In this document: positions 29,672 through 43,300 of the stretch, piece by piece | How positions within the stretch are numbered: the stretch's first letter is position 1 | How the letters are laid out: each line of letters starts with the position of its first letter | Assembly: GCF_009914755.1 (NCBI RefSeq) | Contig: NC_060926.1 | Strand: one strand, 5' to 3' | From: the human T2T-CHM13v2.0 reference genome, Homo sapiens | Length of the DNA stretch: 64,000 nt | Notes under the pieces: generated by a model | Told to the model about the DNA's origin: nothing | The model's database searches: none | The model's input: the letters and a program-made list of their open reading frames with translations, nothing else | Program-made: the position numbers and the translations under genes

Positions 29672-29701
29672 AAAAGTAGTTTTTAAGAATAAAGGAAAAT
29701 A

Positions 29702-30069
<368 letters not shown>

Positions 30070-32224
30070 CTATTCCTTCAATTTTTATTTGTTTGAGAAA
30101 TTATTTCTTTTTTACTTTTGGAACACACTTTCACAAGGTACAGAATTCTAGGTTGTTATTTTCTTTTTCTCTCAACACTTTAAATATTCCACTTCACTCT
30201 CTTATTGCTTGCATGATTTCTGAAGAGAAAGATTATCTTTGCTTCTATGTAGGTAAGGTATGGTTTTCCTCTAGCTTCTTTCAAGAAGATTTAAAAGAAA
30301 AACTTTTTGGTTTTCTGTAGACTGAAAATAACATGCCAAAATGTAGGATTCTTTAAAAATCTTGCATTGTGTTCTCTGAACTTCCTCGATTTGTGGTTTG
30401 GTATCTGACATTAATTTGGGGAAAGACATTATTGCTTCAGACATTTATTCTGCTTTCTCTCTTTCTTCTCCTTCTGGTATTCCCATAACCTGTATGTTAC
30501 ATTTTTTACAGTTGTCCACAGTCCTTGCATATTCTGCTCTGTTTTTTTCAGACTTTGTTATATTTCCTCTTTAGTGTTTGAAGTTTCTATTCATGTATCT
30601 TCAAATTCAGAAGTTCTTTACTCAGTCATGTTCAGTCTACTAATACGTCCACCAAATGCCGCCTTTATTTCTGTCACTGTTTTTGGTAATTTGCATTTCT
30701 TTCCTGTCCTTCCTTTGCATTTTTGTCTGTCTGCTTACATTGCTCACCCGTTCTTGCTTGCTGTTTATTTTTTCCATTAGACCCCTCAGGATCTAATTAT
30801 AGTTGTTTTAAACTTCCAGTCAGATAATGCCAACAGTCCTGTCATGTCTGGTTCTGATATTTTCTCTTGCCTTTTCAAATTGTGTGGGTTTTGTCTTTTG
30901 ATATGGCTGGTAAATTTTCTTGATAGCAAGATATGATAGTAGCAGAAACTGCTGTGAATAGGCCTTCAGTAATATAGTGGCAAAGTGTCGGGGCACAGGG
31001 AATGTTCTATAGTCCTGTGATTTGGTCTCAGTCTTTTTGTAAGCTTATGCCTCTGTACTTTGAACTTCACGAGTGTTCATCAGCTATTTTCTTCCATCTT
31101 AGGTAGGACAGAATGACTAGAGTGAGCTGGAGTTGAGTATTTCCCCTCCCCTACATGGAAGGCTAGAGGGAGTTGAAGTTGGATATTTTCCTTTATCCAG
31201 ATCAGTTTGGCTCTGATAATGTACCAGCAGATTAGACTCTAGTTGAATAGTTTCTCGTGAGGGCAGGCCTTATTTAAAAAAAGAGTGTTCTAACATATTT
31301 CAGAATGGTTCCTTTTCCCCTCCCCCTGGTGGAAGCATGAGGGGATTTTTCTATTATATTTATTGTGGAATCTGGTTGAGCTCCTGAAGGTAAATCTCAC
31401 AACATTGTGCGGACTCCCCTACATCTGGTTCCTCTCGAGTTTTAACTCTCAAACTTGTCTACACTGCCCCTCCTCCAGCAATTTGTCAATTAAAATTGTT
31501 TTCTCTACCCCAACACTGGTTCTCATAGCAGTTCCATGACAAGTCTCTGCTTCGCTTAGTTGGGACTTTCTGTATTCACTTGTCTATCCCTCCAATCTTT
31601 AGGGCAGTGGGTTTCTCTATGTCCTCCCTTCTCTTATAAATCTATGAAAAGTTAATTTTTCAGTCTATTTAGCTTTTTCCTTGTTGTTAGAATGAAGGGG
31701 TGACTTCCATTCTCCTTCCAAGTGATACCAAAAATTAGATATCTTTGCATTTTAATTTTTATTAATAAATAAAGGTGCAATGGGGAAAAGATTAAAACAT
31801 AAAATGTAGTCATATAATAAAGAGGTGACCCAATGACTGCTAGGCATAATTTTGTGTGTGCACACTTTAGAGTTATACAGAACAGATTTAGAATAAATGT
31901 TAAAGGACTTTCTATTGTCTCTTATTCTTAGTGATATCATCCAAGCACTGGTAAAACTGAAAACATTGTAGAGAAAGTGTAATACGGAGAATGAAGGCAG
32001 TATGTCCTAGCTTCTGATACTGTCTTCCTCTTAAGCTCCATTTTCTTTATTTCATAGAAATTGATTTCAAATAGGTGGTTTTAAAACATCTGTTTTGTTT
32101 AAATCGTATATGTTAAGCATTAGTCATCTCCATCTAAAAGAATTTTTGGAAGAGACTTTATTATTTCACACACCTACCTAACATAAATTTAAAGCTACAT
32201 GTAAACTCCACCTAAGCAGGTATT

Positions 32225-32328
32225 ATTTTAGAACTTGTTATGTCTGTATCCCCAAAGCCTAGTCCAAACTTTGACATATGATAAGTACTTAATAAATATA
32301 TATTGAATGAAAAATGAGTGAACTGAAG
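32225..32328 (+). mobile_element. L2 3' end
   Basis: CTGTATCCCCAAAGCCTAG..AATAAATATATATTGAATGAAAAATGAGTGAA. Confidence 0.65.
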
Positions 32329-33009
32329 TAATAAGATTTAAATATTAAATGAGGAAATTAACAAAATAAAAGTTAGCATTATTATATGACCCTCATAACT
32401 CTAAAAATTTTGTGCTGCTAAGTTTTGGTCTAAAGTATTAAAGGATCTTTATGGACCTCTAAAGAATTATTTATTGGTTAGATACCAAATCCATTAGGTC
32501 AAACATAGGTTGAAGAGGAAAATTTTGTACGGATGATTTTGGGTACTTATTTTCTTGGTACCTAAAAATACAGATACACTTCTGACATTTGACGAATACT
32601 CTCAGAATGCATAAATTGGAAATTAATCACGTGCGGTCATTAGGGCTCGTTGTTTGCTCATCTATGTTGAGACTGAAATCAATCAAGCGAACTAGCCTCT
32701 GTGCAAAATGTCAGTTGATTCCAGGCTTATGAACAATAAAGCTAATAACATTACCGTTATTGAGTTCAGATATTATTAAATTAATAAAATACATCCAGGA
32801 TTTTAAAAAATCAATTTTATTTCAATACTCATTTTTTTAACTAAATAAAATTAACTTCAGGCTTTGTTGCTGTTGTTTTGTTTTTCTGTTAGTTTTATGG
32901 TTCACCTTGACACGTTGATATTCTTAATGTTTGATCTATTGCAATAACCTTTTAACAGGTTTCACTGTCTTGGGCATCTCATCCATTCGATTTATCTTGA
33001 ATTGCAAAT

Positions 33010-34212
33010 GAATAGCACTGTTCCTGGCTCCTCTGATCAAAAACCTGCAGGGACTCCCCATTACATAAAGAACAAAATCTGGATTCCTCTCCCTTCAAGA
33101 AATGCTCCCTGCTGCTTCTACCTGCCTCTTAAATATATTTCAAACACAATAATTTCTTTCCATCGTCACTGCTAACATCTTAGTTCAGCCTACCTCCACT
33201 ATTACTTGGATCATCACACGAGAAACCTCCATGGTCTTTCTCTACTCTTGCCTTTCTCTACCTGCAACATCATACGGACAGCAGGGTGATATATATTTCA
33301 GATTAAACCTGATCACATTCTCACAAAACTGTAGCTTTGCACTCTTTGGTGGTGTGGCCATTTGCTGTTAGATATATTTCCAATCTCTTCTGTGCCAATC
33401 TTTATCACCGGGAGCTATTTCTTAAACTTCCTTGCTCCTGGCTGGTTTCACGCTGTAGGTCGCTAAAGTGGGAGGGCAGTATCTTCAGCTGTAGTTTCAA
33501 CTTTTTCCACTTGAAGTCACTTCCTCTGTGGCCCTGTTTATCACCAGAATGCTAACCACGTTCCTCTCCTTCATACTACCTCCTCCCTATATCCCTTCAG
33601 CTTAATAGTAAATAGTGTCTTCCATCTGTACTAAATTTATAAATTGCTTCACTATCCTCTTCTTGGCTTCCTAACTCTTCCATCACCTGTGTAATTAGAT
33701 CTGAGTATAAAATCCCTTCTGCTTGAAGCATGCGTAGTGGTTTCTGTTTTTCTGATTGAGCCGTGATTGATACATGGCTCTACCTATTTTACTTGGGGTA
33801 AAATTCAGTGGCCTTGTGGCTTTGAGATCCTCTGTGACCTGTTTCCCCTTACATTGGTAGCTTCATCTCTGACCACTTTCCTCTTTACTCACTGGAAATC
33901 CACTGTAATAATATCCTATTTTTGATGCCAGGAACATCCTTGCTTCTACTGAGTCTAGGAACATACTACTTATCTTTTAGTTCTAAACATGAATGCATTT
34001 TTTAATAAAAACCTTCACTGACTTCCTAAAATCATTAATTTTCCTATGGTAACTTAGATTGCCATAAAATATTTTATCGTGTTATGATTTCATTAAGTTA
34101 CTATCTCCCCTATTAATCCGTGAGCCCCAAAGCAGAGGGAATGTGGATTGGACAAGAGACTAGCAGAGTGGCTGACACAAAGGTAGCTGTCAGTAAGTGT
34201 TTGTTAAACTCA
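33010..34212 (+). mobile_element. L2 fragments, interrupted by an LTR
   Basis: AAAACCTGCAGGGACTCCCCATT..AAAATCTGGATTCCT; terminal GGCTGACACAAAGGTAGCTGTCAGTAAGTGTTTGTT. Confidence 0.6.
33353..33774 (+). mobile_element. ERVL-class solo LTR (LTR41/LTR33 group)
   Basis: 3' end CTCTTCCATCACCTGTGTAA..GTGGTTTCTGTTTTTCTGATTGAGCCGTGATTGATACA. Confidence 0.65.
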
Positions 34213-34461
34213 CTTCAAAATCCCCATTTGTTCAGGTAAAAAGAAATCTTGAATGCTAGGTACTAGGGAGGCAAATAATTTGTATTCTGGTAGAGATGAG
34301 AAATAGGAGATAAAAGATTGAAATAAGATGTGTTAGAAGCCATGGGGGATATGAACACATAGGAGCATCACAGAGAAGATTCTAGCATGGACTATGGAGG
34401 GGTTGGGTGAGTCAGCATGAAAAAAACAACGCAGGTGAATTTGCAGGTATAAATATTTACA

Positions 34462-34622
34462 GCAGGGAATCTCTGCTGTTGACATACACAAGGATCCAGC
34501 GTTTTAAAAACCAGTGCCCATGCTGCCTCACTCCTGGATAAATAGACTAATGAATTCTGGTGTGGTTGCCTGATTTTGCTGCTATTGTTATTCTATTCTG
34601 CAGCCAGGATTGAAAATAGCTG
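34462..34622. mobile_element. MER5-type hAT-Charlie MITE
   Basis: Ends GCAGCCAGGATTGAAAATAGCTG, resembling the MER5 terminal repeat. Confidence 0.45.
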
Positions 34623-37270
34623 ATTTGTTAAAGTATTTAGTACATGCAAAACCATGGAAATATTAAAGAAAGGTGAGTAAGTAAACTTCGCACAGCACAT
34701 TTATAGCTGGGCCCCTGCAAATATTACTTGGGGTGAAGGAGAATAAGGTAAAACAAACAAACAAACAAAAAACAAGAAATGAGTTAATGGAAGTAGGCAG
34801 GGACCTAGTGATAAGCTACTTCTTGGAGTTTACATTTTATAATGACAGAAATGGGAAGCCATCAGAACATTTTAATCAGGAAAGGAGGGACCTGATTAGA
34901 TAAGAGTTTGAAAGAGATCACTGCTAACTCTAATGGAGAATAAGTTAATAGGCTAGACTGAAAGCAGTTCATAGTACCAAGCGGATGTGTTTTGGAGAAA
35001 TGCCTGTGATGGGGCATCAAGACAAAATGCCTGAGAGTTGTTCTGAGTGTATTTGCAAGGAGCTATTTTCTGCATTTACCTGTGTTGCTTGAAACATCAA
35101 TTCTAACCTTTTTGTGATTAAAGGAGTTTAATTCAAAATACACATCTAAAATTAAGCAAAATACAATATTTTTATAACTGAAAGCATCCTTATCTCATAC
35201 ATTCTTCCCAGCTTTGGAAGACCAAATTTCTAGACTGTGTCACCTGTACTGTACAGATTACATGTAAGGTGTGATGTCATCATTGCCCTTGCACTAGGGT
35301 ATTTGAGTGTGCACTTACAGCTCAAAGGACATGTACCTTTAGATTGGATTTTAAGCTGCCTTTTACTTTGTACAATTCATTTGAAAACAGAATGGTCAGC
35401 CATGATATTGGAAGATTCAAAGCAGCTATTCTTTTAGATTCCTCTGGCCCTGTAGAAAAACTGTGCAAGTTTCTGAGGGTGAAAAAGTAAAGGATAACCT
35501 CCCCCGCTCTTACAAGGAGAAAAAACAGAAGTGTGCATTCCTATATGTCACTGTTCCTTAAGGCTAAGAAGCCTTATCCTGCCTGCACTCCCTCCCTACC
35601 CCCCAGTAGCCCTTCAATATAGTTGGTGAGAGTTCTGCTCTACTCTGGTCGCTGCTCTCAGGCTCAGGGGGCCCAGTATTCCATGGGGTTTCCTATGGAG
35701 ACACTCAGCCAGTTCCACCAGCTGTGTTGAATTGAATAGGGTCACCCTGAGTAGTGACTTTTCTTCCACCCCTGTAGGAGACAAATAAGCACATGGCTTA
35801 TTTGGACTTGTGAGTGGCCTTCTCTCTGTGTGCCCTATGTGGCCAGTTGTTTCAAGTGCCTCTTGTTCCAGCTCTACATATCAGTTAAGCTTAGGTTACT
35901 CAATTGCTTGCAGGTAGCTGAGTGTGTTGGATGTTTTAGTTGGGACTAATCTCTGGTTCCCATATGGGGACAAGAGTATTATCACACTTCAGCCCACTAA
36001 AAAAAATATATATATAAGTGGGGGAAGTAAAAGCTTTGCAGGTGTTCTCCTCCCTAATGGACCAAAACACTGCAGCTTGTGTATACTTTTATTTGTAAAG
36101 TGTTTTTCTCTGTCTGCATGTTTAGAATAAGAGTAGTGTAAAGCACTGCTGTTTAATTACTAGCAGGGCCAAAGATTTCATTTTAATTCAAGATTATTTA
36201 AATAAAAACATTATTTATAAATGAAGTGCTGTTTTCTGTCCAAACATGTAAGAATACTGCTCTAGCTGAGATCCAACACTGTTACAGAAGAATTTAATGT
36301 TTTTATGTTAGTTTTTTTAGAATTAGAATTTCTATTAAACCACTCATTATTTTAATCATTTCCAATTTTAAGATAAAATAAAACACTGTAATACCCATAT
36401 GTACCAGTATTTCACTTATACCAATACTGATTATCTTATATGCTAGTAAGATATCAATATTACTGTTTTTCCATCTAGTGGATAAAACCAAGTGATTGCC
36501 ATCATAATCATTATCATGATGAAAACTTATATTAACACCATTTATATTTGCATTTTACTTGTTACTTTTTGAAGTGCACATGTATTCATCATCAATCAGC
36601 AAATGTTTATTGGGAGCCTACTTTGTTCTGTGTAGTTTGCCAAAGTGCAATGGAGATTGCAGTCAATATGGGAAAAACTCAAGTAAACCACCTAAAATAC
36701 TTATAGAGTGATATTAGACTATGATATTTCATCTATCTACATAATTATATATCTCACTATAAAAAACACTGAGGAAGAGTACCAGCTAAAAAGTTTTATG
36801 GACCTATATCTTTATCTGGAACATGAAAAAGCCCAAATGAAATCATTTGTAGGATTTTTCTTCTTCTGATGTGGTGTCCTGTAGCATATAATCTTTATTT
36901 CTAATACCAAAAAAAGTGTATACTAGAGTTAGGAATTTAGTTCAAACTTAGTAGAAGTGTAAGGACCAGTAAACAGAAAGAGGAGATCTGAAAAAAGACA
37001 GAGAGACACGATCATGGCCACATCAAACAGGAGTAAAGGCTAGGAGACTTTAAGAAACTTAACATCGTCTTCCCAATTAAATGAAGAACAGGCCGTATTT
37101 TCACAATTTTTGTTTTACACAATATGTCTCATTTGAGCAACTTCAGGTATTGTTTTAGGGCAGACCCAGCAATTTAACTCATGGAGTGCCCTTCTTCTGT
37201 AAATTACCCCAAAACTGGCCTAACACAGTTAAGTAAGTTTTAAAACACAGATACTTTTGCAATAAGATAT

Positions 37271-37274
<4 letters not shown>

Positions 37275-37309
<35 letters not shown>
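37275..37309. repeat. (CA)n microsatellite
   Basis: Direct read of the sequence. Confidence 0.95.
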
Positions 37310-37310
<1 letters not shown>

Positions 37311-37439
37311 TTATAAGGAAATTTCCTGAAACATAAAATAGGCAAGCAATTTATAGAAAAAGGTTTGAATTGGCTCTAGATATCATTTTTAATCTGTCAG
37401 CAGATGGGTTGGAAAGGAATTAATTACTCTATAATCCAG

Positions 37440-37850
37440 TCATTTATTCATCAGTCATTGACTGAGACACAACAATACATAAAAAAGACTGACTGGACCT
37501 AATCTGGCCTTCCAGGACTTTGAATTTTCATCGAAAAGACAGAAAAAATAAATACGAACAGAAAAACAAATATTAATAATTGCAGACTTGAGAATATGTT
37601 AGAAGGAAATAAATAAGGGAGAGCAGTGGATAATGAAGGAGGCTGATTTTAGTTAGCTTTGTTAGGAAAAGGAAGCTTTTGAGAAATAATCTTTTTAGAC
37701 CAAGGGAAGAGAAGAAATTAGGTAGCCTCAGTGAAAGTGTGGGGAAGAATGCTTGAGGAGGCCCAGAAGGCATGTGCAAAGGTCCTGAGGCCATAGGGTG
37801 CTCATCCCAGCTCGGAAAGTAAATAAAGGAAACAAGCCTGAATGCAGCAC
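37440..37850 (-). mobile_element. L2 fragment
   Basis: CATTTATTCATCAGTCATTGACTGAG..; GGCATGTGCAAAGGTCCTGAGGC. Confidence 0.65.
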
Positions 37851-40169
37851 AAAGGTCTTTGCACATACATATATTCCAGTATTTATAAAAATGTTATATA
37901 ATTGGCAATTCATGTGTCTGATTTTACATTTTTAAATAATGTTATTAACTCTGTAAAAATTATAATCAATACATATGCATATAGAAACTTTTGAGAAGCA
38001 AAAAAAAAAAAGAAAAAAGCAAAAACCCCAGAAAATAATTAGGGCCTAAGGCAAACCCTAATCCATAGGCAATGACTGTGACCATTTAGGTGTAATTTTA
38101 CATAATCTATGCATATAGACAAATATGTATATATATACATTTCTATATATGTACATATACAGATATAGACCTATATACATAATTATTCTGTATTATAAAC
38201 AATAAATACTTTGATATACACACTGCCATCTCATTTCTAAAATAGTTTTGTAATCTATATCCACTTAAAAAGATACCAAGAAAATATTTACATACATAAG
38301 TATCACAATTATGCTAAGATTTTAAAAATCAAAATAATGTGTCACTTTTCATGAAAAGGTTTTTGTTTTATTGAAGTTGTGTATTTTTATGTTAAAATTT
38401 TTCTTTACTGAAAACACATTAGAAAATGTTTTAATGTTCAAGCTATCATATAGTAGTAGGATAAGTCATCCCACTTATGATTATTCTTTTAGTGACTTGA
38501 AGAATTCTATTTGATAATGATTTTTTAGGATTTTTATATCTATATCCTAAAGCAAGACTGACATATAGTTCTCTTTTTCTATTTTTTCCTTATTTCATGG
38601 TAGAATCAGGCTTTATTTATTATTGTAGAATTAGCTGGGGAAACTTTTCTATGCTCATAAACCTCTATGTGATAAAAATTATGTGTCTATTTGATGATAG
38701 ATCTCTGACTATATTTGTACTTATTCTCTGGCTTTTGGTATATTCAGCTTGTCTATTTTCTTTTGGGTTAATTTTTTTTTAATCTTTTAATGAAAATAAT
38801 TTATTTTATGTATATTTTAAATTACAAGGATATAAAATTGCACCTAACACTATAGTGTTTTTTCTTATTTCTTCTTGTTTCCTTCCTCACTACCTTAACC
38901 AGGGTTTGTTTCTTTACTAGGTTTCTTGTTTTTTGTCTAACAAAGGACAACATATAGATTCCAGAGGTAGGATGGGAATCTACCCCTGTTAAATGTATTT
39001 AATCAGCTTATCTTTCTTTTTTTTTTTCCAATACAGCAAAATTCATTCAATTATTTAACAAAAATATTTTTGAGCACTTGTGAAATGGCACTCTTGTAAT
39101 CAACATTTTATAGAGTTAAAATGAATATCTCAAAGACTTAAAATCCTGAAAGTCACCTTGTGTTGGGGATGGAGTTGAGATTTTGGGTTTCTGATTTAAT
39201 CCAGCCCGTCATCTTGAGTGGGGACAGGAGAGAAGAGGAGCAGTGACTTGTGACTTTCTCACCTGGCCTGCAGCATGGGGCTGGGAGGAGGCCGGAGCCT
39301 GGGTCAGGATTTCCTCCTGTTTTATCCCTGGATCAGTGTTCTTGCCATCATCTCACAAGGTCACCTCCCATCACAGCTCACGTGAGCCATCCTCAAGCCT
39401 GGCTTCTCATCTAGTCTCAGTCAAGCGCTTTGCCTTTTTCTGTGCTCCCACAGTGCAATCTGGAGCCTGTAGCATCCTGGCTTAAAATGTTTTCCAGCCT
39501 CATGCCTCCAACACCACAAAGGAAGATAAAGGATTAGAGAACTTTTAGAACAGGACCATCTACTTTCACTAACATCTGTTATCTTTCTACAAACAGGAGT
39601 TGCTCACACCTCAAAGTAATGCAAAGTTCTCTGGTTGCTAGTCCCTTTCTAAATCCCAGATTCCCTCACTCTGCTGACTCTCTTGTCAGGGAGCTCCACT
39701 TCCATTTTATTTTGGGATTGTGGTAGGAGTGGGATAGGTAGGCAGTCTATGTACTGCAAGGTAAGTTGGTGCTCTCTGGCCCCTTTAGTGATGTACCCCC
39801 AAGCCACATGTGGTCCATGTTCTGATATTGGGTTTCTTCTTGAGTTCTCTGGAAGAACTATCTAACAACGAAAAGCGTTTGAATAGGGTTCAGCTCTGAA
39901 GGAGTTCGTCGACAATTTATTTGTATTCATTTTAGGATTTCCAGAAGTGTTCTAAAATAGCGTATTGTTTATAAAGTAACTAAAATACTAAAGTTAACAC
40001 AGAAACATACAGAAATGGCACATTTTATGACTTGAAAAAGCTTTGAAGACTCAAAATAGCTACCTCATAAAAATATGCAATGTTGCCTAATATTTTCTAG
40101 GACTAGAAATGCATGGCACAAAAAGAAAGTTTAGGAAAGAAGAGAGTATAAATTCTGTAGTATCTGGAG

Positions 40170-40340
40170 ACTTCTGAAACTTTACATAGATGTCTTTACA
40201 TAGATTATCCCATTTCATCCTTGTAACAACATTGTGAAGTAGGAATTCTTAACAGCACCTAGGAGCAGAAAGGTTTAATAACTTGGCCAAGGTCGTACAG
40301 CTAGTTAGTGGTAGATCTAGAACATGAACCCAAAGAGTCC
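40170..40340 (-). mobile_element. MIR
   Basis: CATTTCATCCTTGTAACAAC..AACTTGGCCAAGGTCGTACAGCTAGTTAGTGG. Confidence 0.75.
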
Positions 40341-43300
40341 AATACATGGTCAATGTGATTTATCAGTAAGTGGTTTCATTTAGTGACAATTAAAAATTAA
40401 AATTGGACAATTGTCATGAATTTCCCTTGGTGATATATAACATTATGTATACATATATATGTCAAATCTATTTATAATTCTATGTCACAAAGTAAAATAT
40501 ATATATATATATCTGTTTCAATCAAATACCAATTTGATAACTCAAATTTTAAAATATTGAAAGTTACTTTATCAGGAATGTGGCGATACAGGTCTTTGGA
40601 ACTATTTTTGATGTCAAGTTACTAATGTATGTTTTAAATAGAAAAGTCAGAAATCTTACGTCTCAGAAAAGATTATGGGGTGACTTGGTTAATATCGTTG
40701 TTGTTACTGTTATTGTTTTCCTATGACATCATTGACTTCAGCTGTCAATGGTCTATAAAAGCCCAACTGTGATTCTATGATTCTTTGATTTTGTCAATAT
40801 TTGCAATACTCTGAGAATTTATTTTGTAAACTGAGCATCATTATTCCCAGTGACATTTTATAGTTCCAGAGATCCTACAATAAAAAATTTTGATTTACTG
40901 TAAATTGGCATTTATCTCTTATAGCTGTACCTCTCTCTGGCTGACCTCCATGTTAAATAAGCAGGTACAAGTTTCTAGTCAGCAACTTGAATTTTCCATA
41001 AGACAACATTGTTTTCAGGTGATAAATTTTTTTTTTAAATTAGCTTTCTTAAAAAAAATTGTGTGTGTGTGTGTGTGTGCGCATGTTTGTGTATCAGGTA
41101 TGAATCTTGGATTACAAATTGTTTTCTTATAATTTGACTTAATTTCTGAACCCCTCTCCAGTTTCCTTTGACTAGCAGGAATTTTAACCACATTGATTTT
41201 TATGACTCCTAGCAGTAGCAGCAAAGTTGAGCCACCAATCCAGGCCTTCCCAAATGTGAACCAAAATGTAGAAATTACAAAGAAATGTTGGGAAAACTGA
41301 GTAGTACATGAAAATATAACCACACATCCAGAATGAAGACTAGAAACCAACATCTGGTTGATTCTAGTTTCAATCCAATATTGAGAAAATCAATATCCAA
41401 GAAGGAAGACTTGGGAAATCTATAAGCTTTCAGAGACCATATTTTCGGGATGGTGGCAATTTAGAAAAAGACTGGAGATAGACATTCTTAGAAGATTTAA
41501 TAATTTAGCATGTATTTTTGTCTTTAAAGGGACCCTTTGGGTATTATTGGATGATTTAGTATCTCAGGGAAACAAACAACAAAGCATCAAAATTAACTAT
41601 GAAATGACTATTGTCTTGTTATAAATTATGAAACTTCAATGTTTCAGTGCACCCTAAGAATTGTGGTCTTTCCTCATTATTAATTGCCAAGAAATAACAA
41701 AGGAGAGAGTTCATCACAAATAAATAACATTTGTAGAAAAGAGAATCAATGCTGTAATACTATAAACTGTGAAGAGTTAAAAATCAAGAGTGATTTTGAT
41801 TCAAAATATTCTAGTAAAAGTGTCTATGGAGAAACTTGCTTATTCTTTCATAAAGTGCAAGGTAAGTAACTGAAAAATCTAAGTAATTAATTTTTTAAAA
41901 GAAGGTCAGCAAATATGTTCTTTGAGTTGTGAGTTCACAATTTGCCATAAAATCTGTAGTGTTTATTTCAACAAGGGAATACTTGTGTGAAGAAATTTTT
42001 AAATTATTTTTTCTTTTTTAAAGTTGTCACTGTCATGGGAAAACAAATACCTTTGAAAATTGGGTTTTGAGAAGACTTTTACCCAGAAACTGATACTTTC
42101 CCCTTATTTAATGGATCAGTTTGGATTTTACTAGCATTCTTTAAAATTCTCTTTCATAAAATGGAAAAAGAAGTTTTGTTTGAGAAAATGTTTTCCTCAT
42201 ATGAATTCATTCTGAACAAGAACTTTTCTATTAAGTGTAGAAAAAAAGCTTATTTTCATTATATTTTGTATTTTAAATGCAATAAGTCACATAAATTCTA
42301 CCTACATTTCATTGCTTTTGGAAAAGAGGCACTTCAAGGAGCTTTCCTTCTTAGAAACCACTGGTGAATGACTCAAAACAAAGATCCTCATGCCCTGTAG
42401 ATGATCAGAACCTCGGAGGGACTTACTCCAAACATATGACTGCCTCTAGAATCCTGTATTTGATCAGAAGGTCAGTACAAATTAAAAACAGAGCAATTGG
42501 AAAATTTGCTTCATTGACAAGTAGCTGCTTAGGACAATTAGGAGCTTTCTTTTCTTGACTTTGCTAAGATAACCAAATTTTATTAAGTAAAACATAGCTA
42601 AGACAAAGTGCACTGAATCGTTATAGTATGCTGGAGCACGTGGGGCTTAGAAAATTATTGAAGAGAAGCAAGTTTGTAGTTCTATACCTGCCCCTAAGAG
42701 GATATTTTTGCTAGGTTCATGTAAGAGTAATCCATCCATTACCTAAAATGTCAGCTACTAAAGTTTTAGGTATCACTGGATGAATTTGTGAAGTAGTGCT
42801 AAATATTTGCTTCATTCTAAAGAAAATGCGCCCAGGGCTAATTAATTAACATGACAATCAGTAAAGTTTCTGGTAGATTTGCCCAACATTCACCACCTCT
42901 TCTGCTACACTTTCCTACTTCTGTCTAAAGTAGTCAAGTTCATCACCACTTGGTGGTCCTCGTCCTCACGATGTTCATGATTTCAGAGGGAACAGTGTAC
43001 TAATGAAAGTTGATCAACTGAGGACATTAGATTTGTTTGATTTGTAGATGAGTATGTCGAGAGCCCTTAATTTAATGGGTTGTGTACTCTTCATACTCGT
43101 ACATAAGCCAGGGTTTTAGAAATCTTAAGGGTGTAATGTAAAAGGCAAAATACTACAGGCAAAATTGAAAAATAAATATAACTGTGGCTGAAAATTGTCA
43201 TGCTTAATTTTTCTTGAAAGGATTTTGATTAGTGCTTCATATTCGTACTAGTAAAATAAACAAAAGTACTTCATTTTTCTACTAATATTGATTTGGTATA

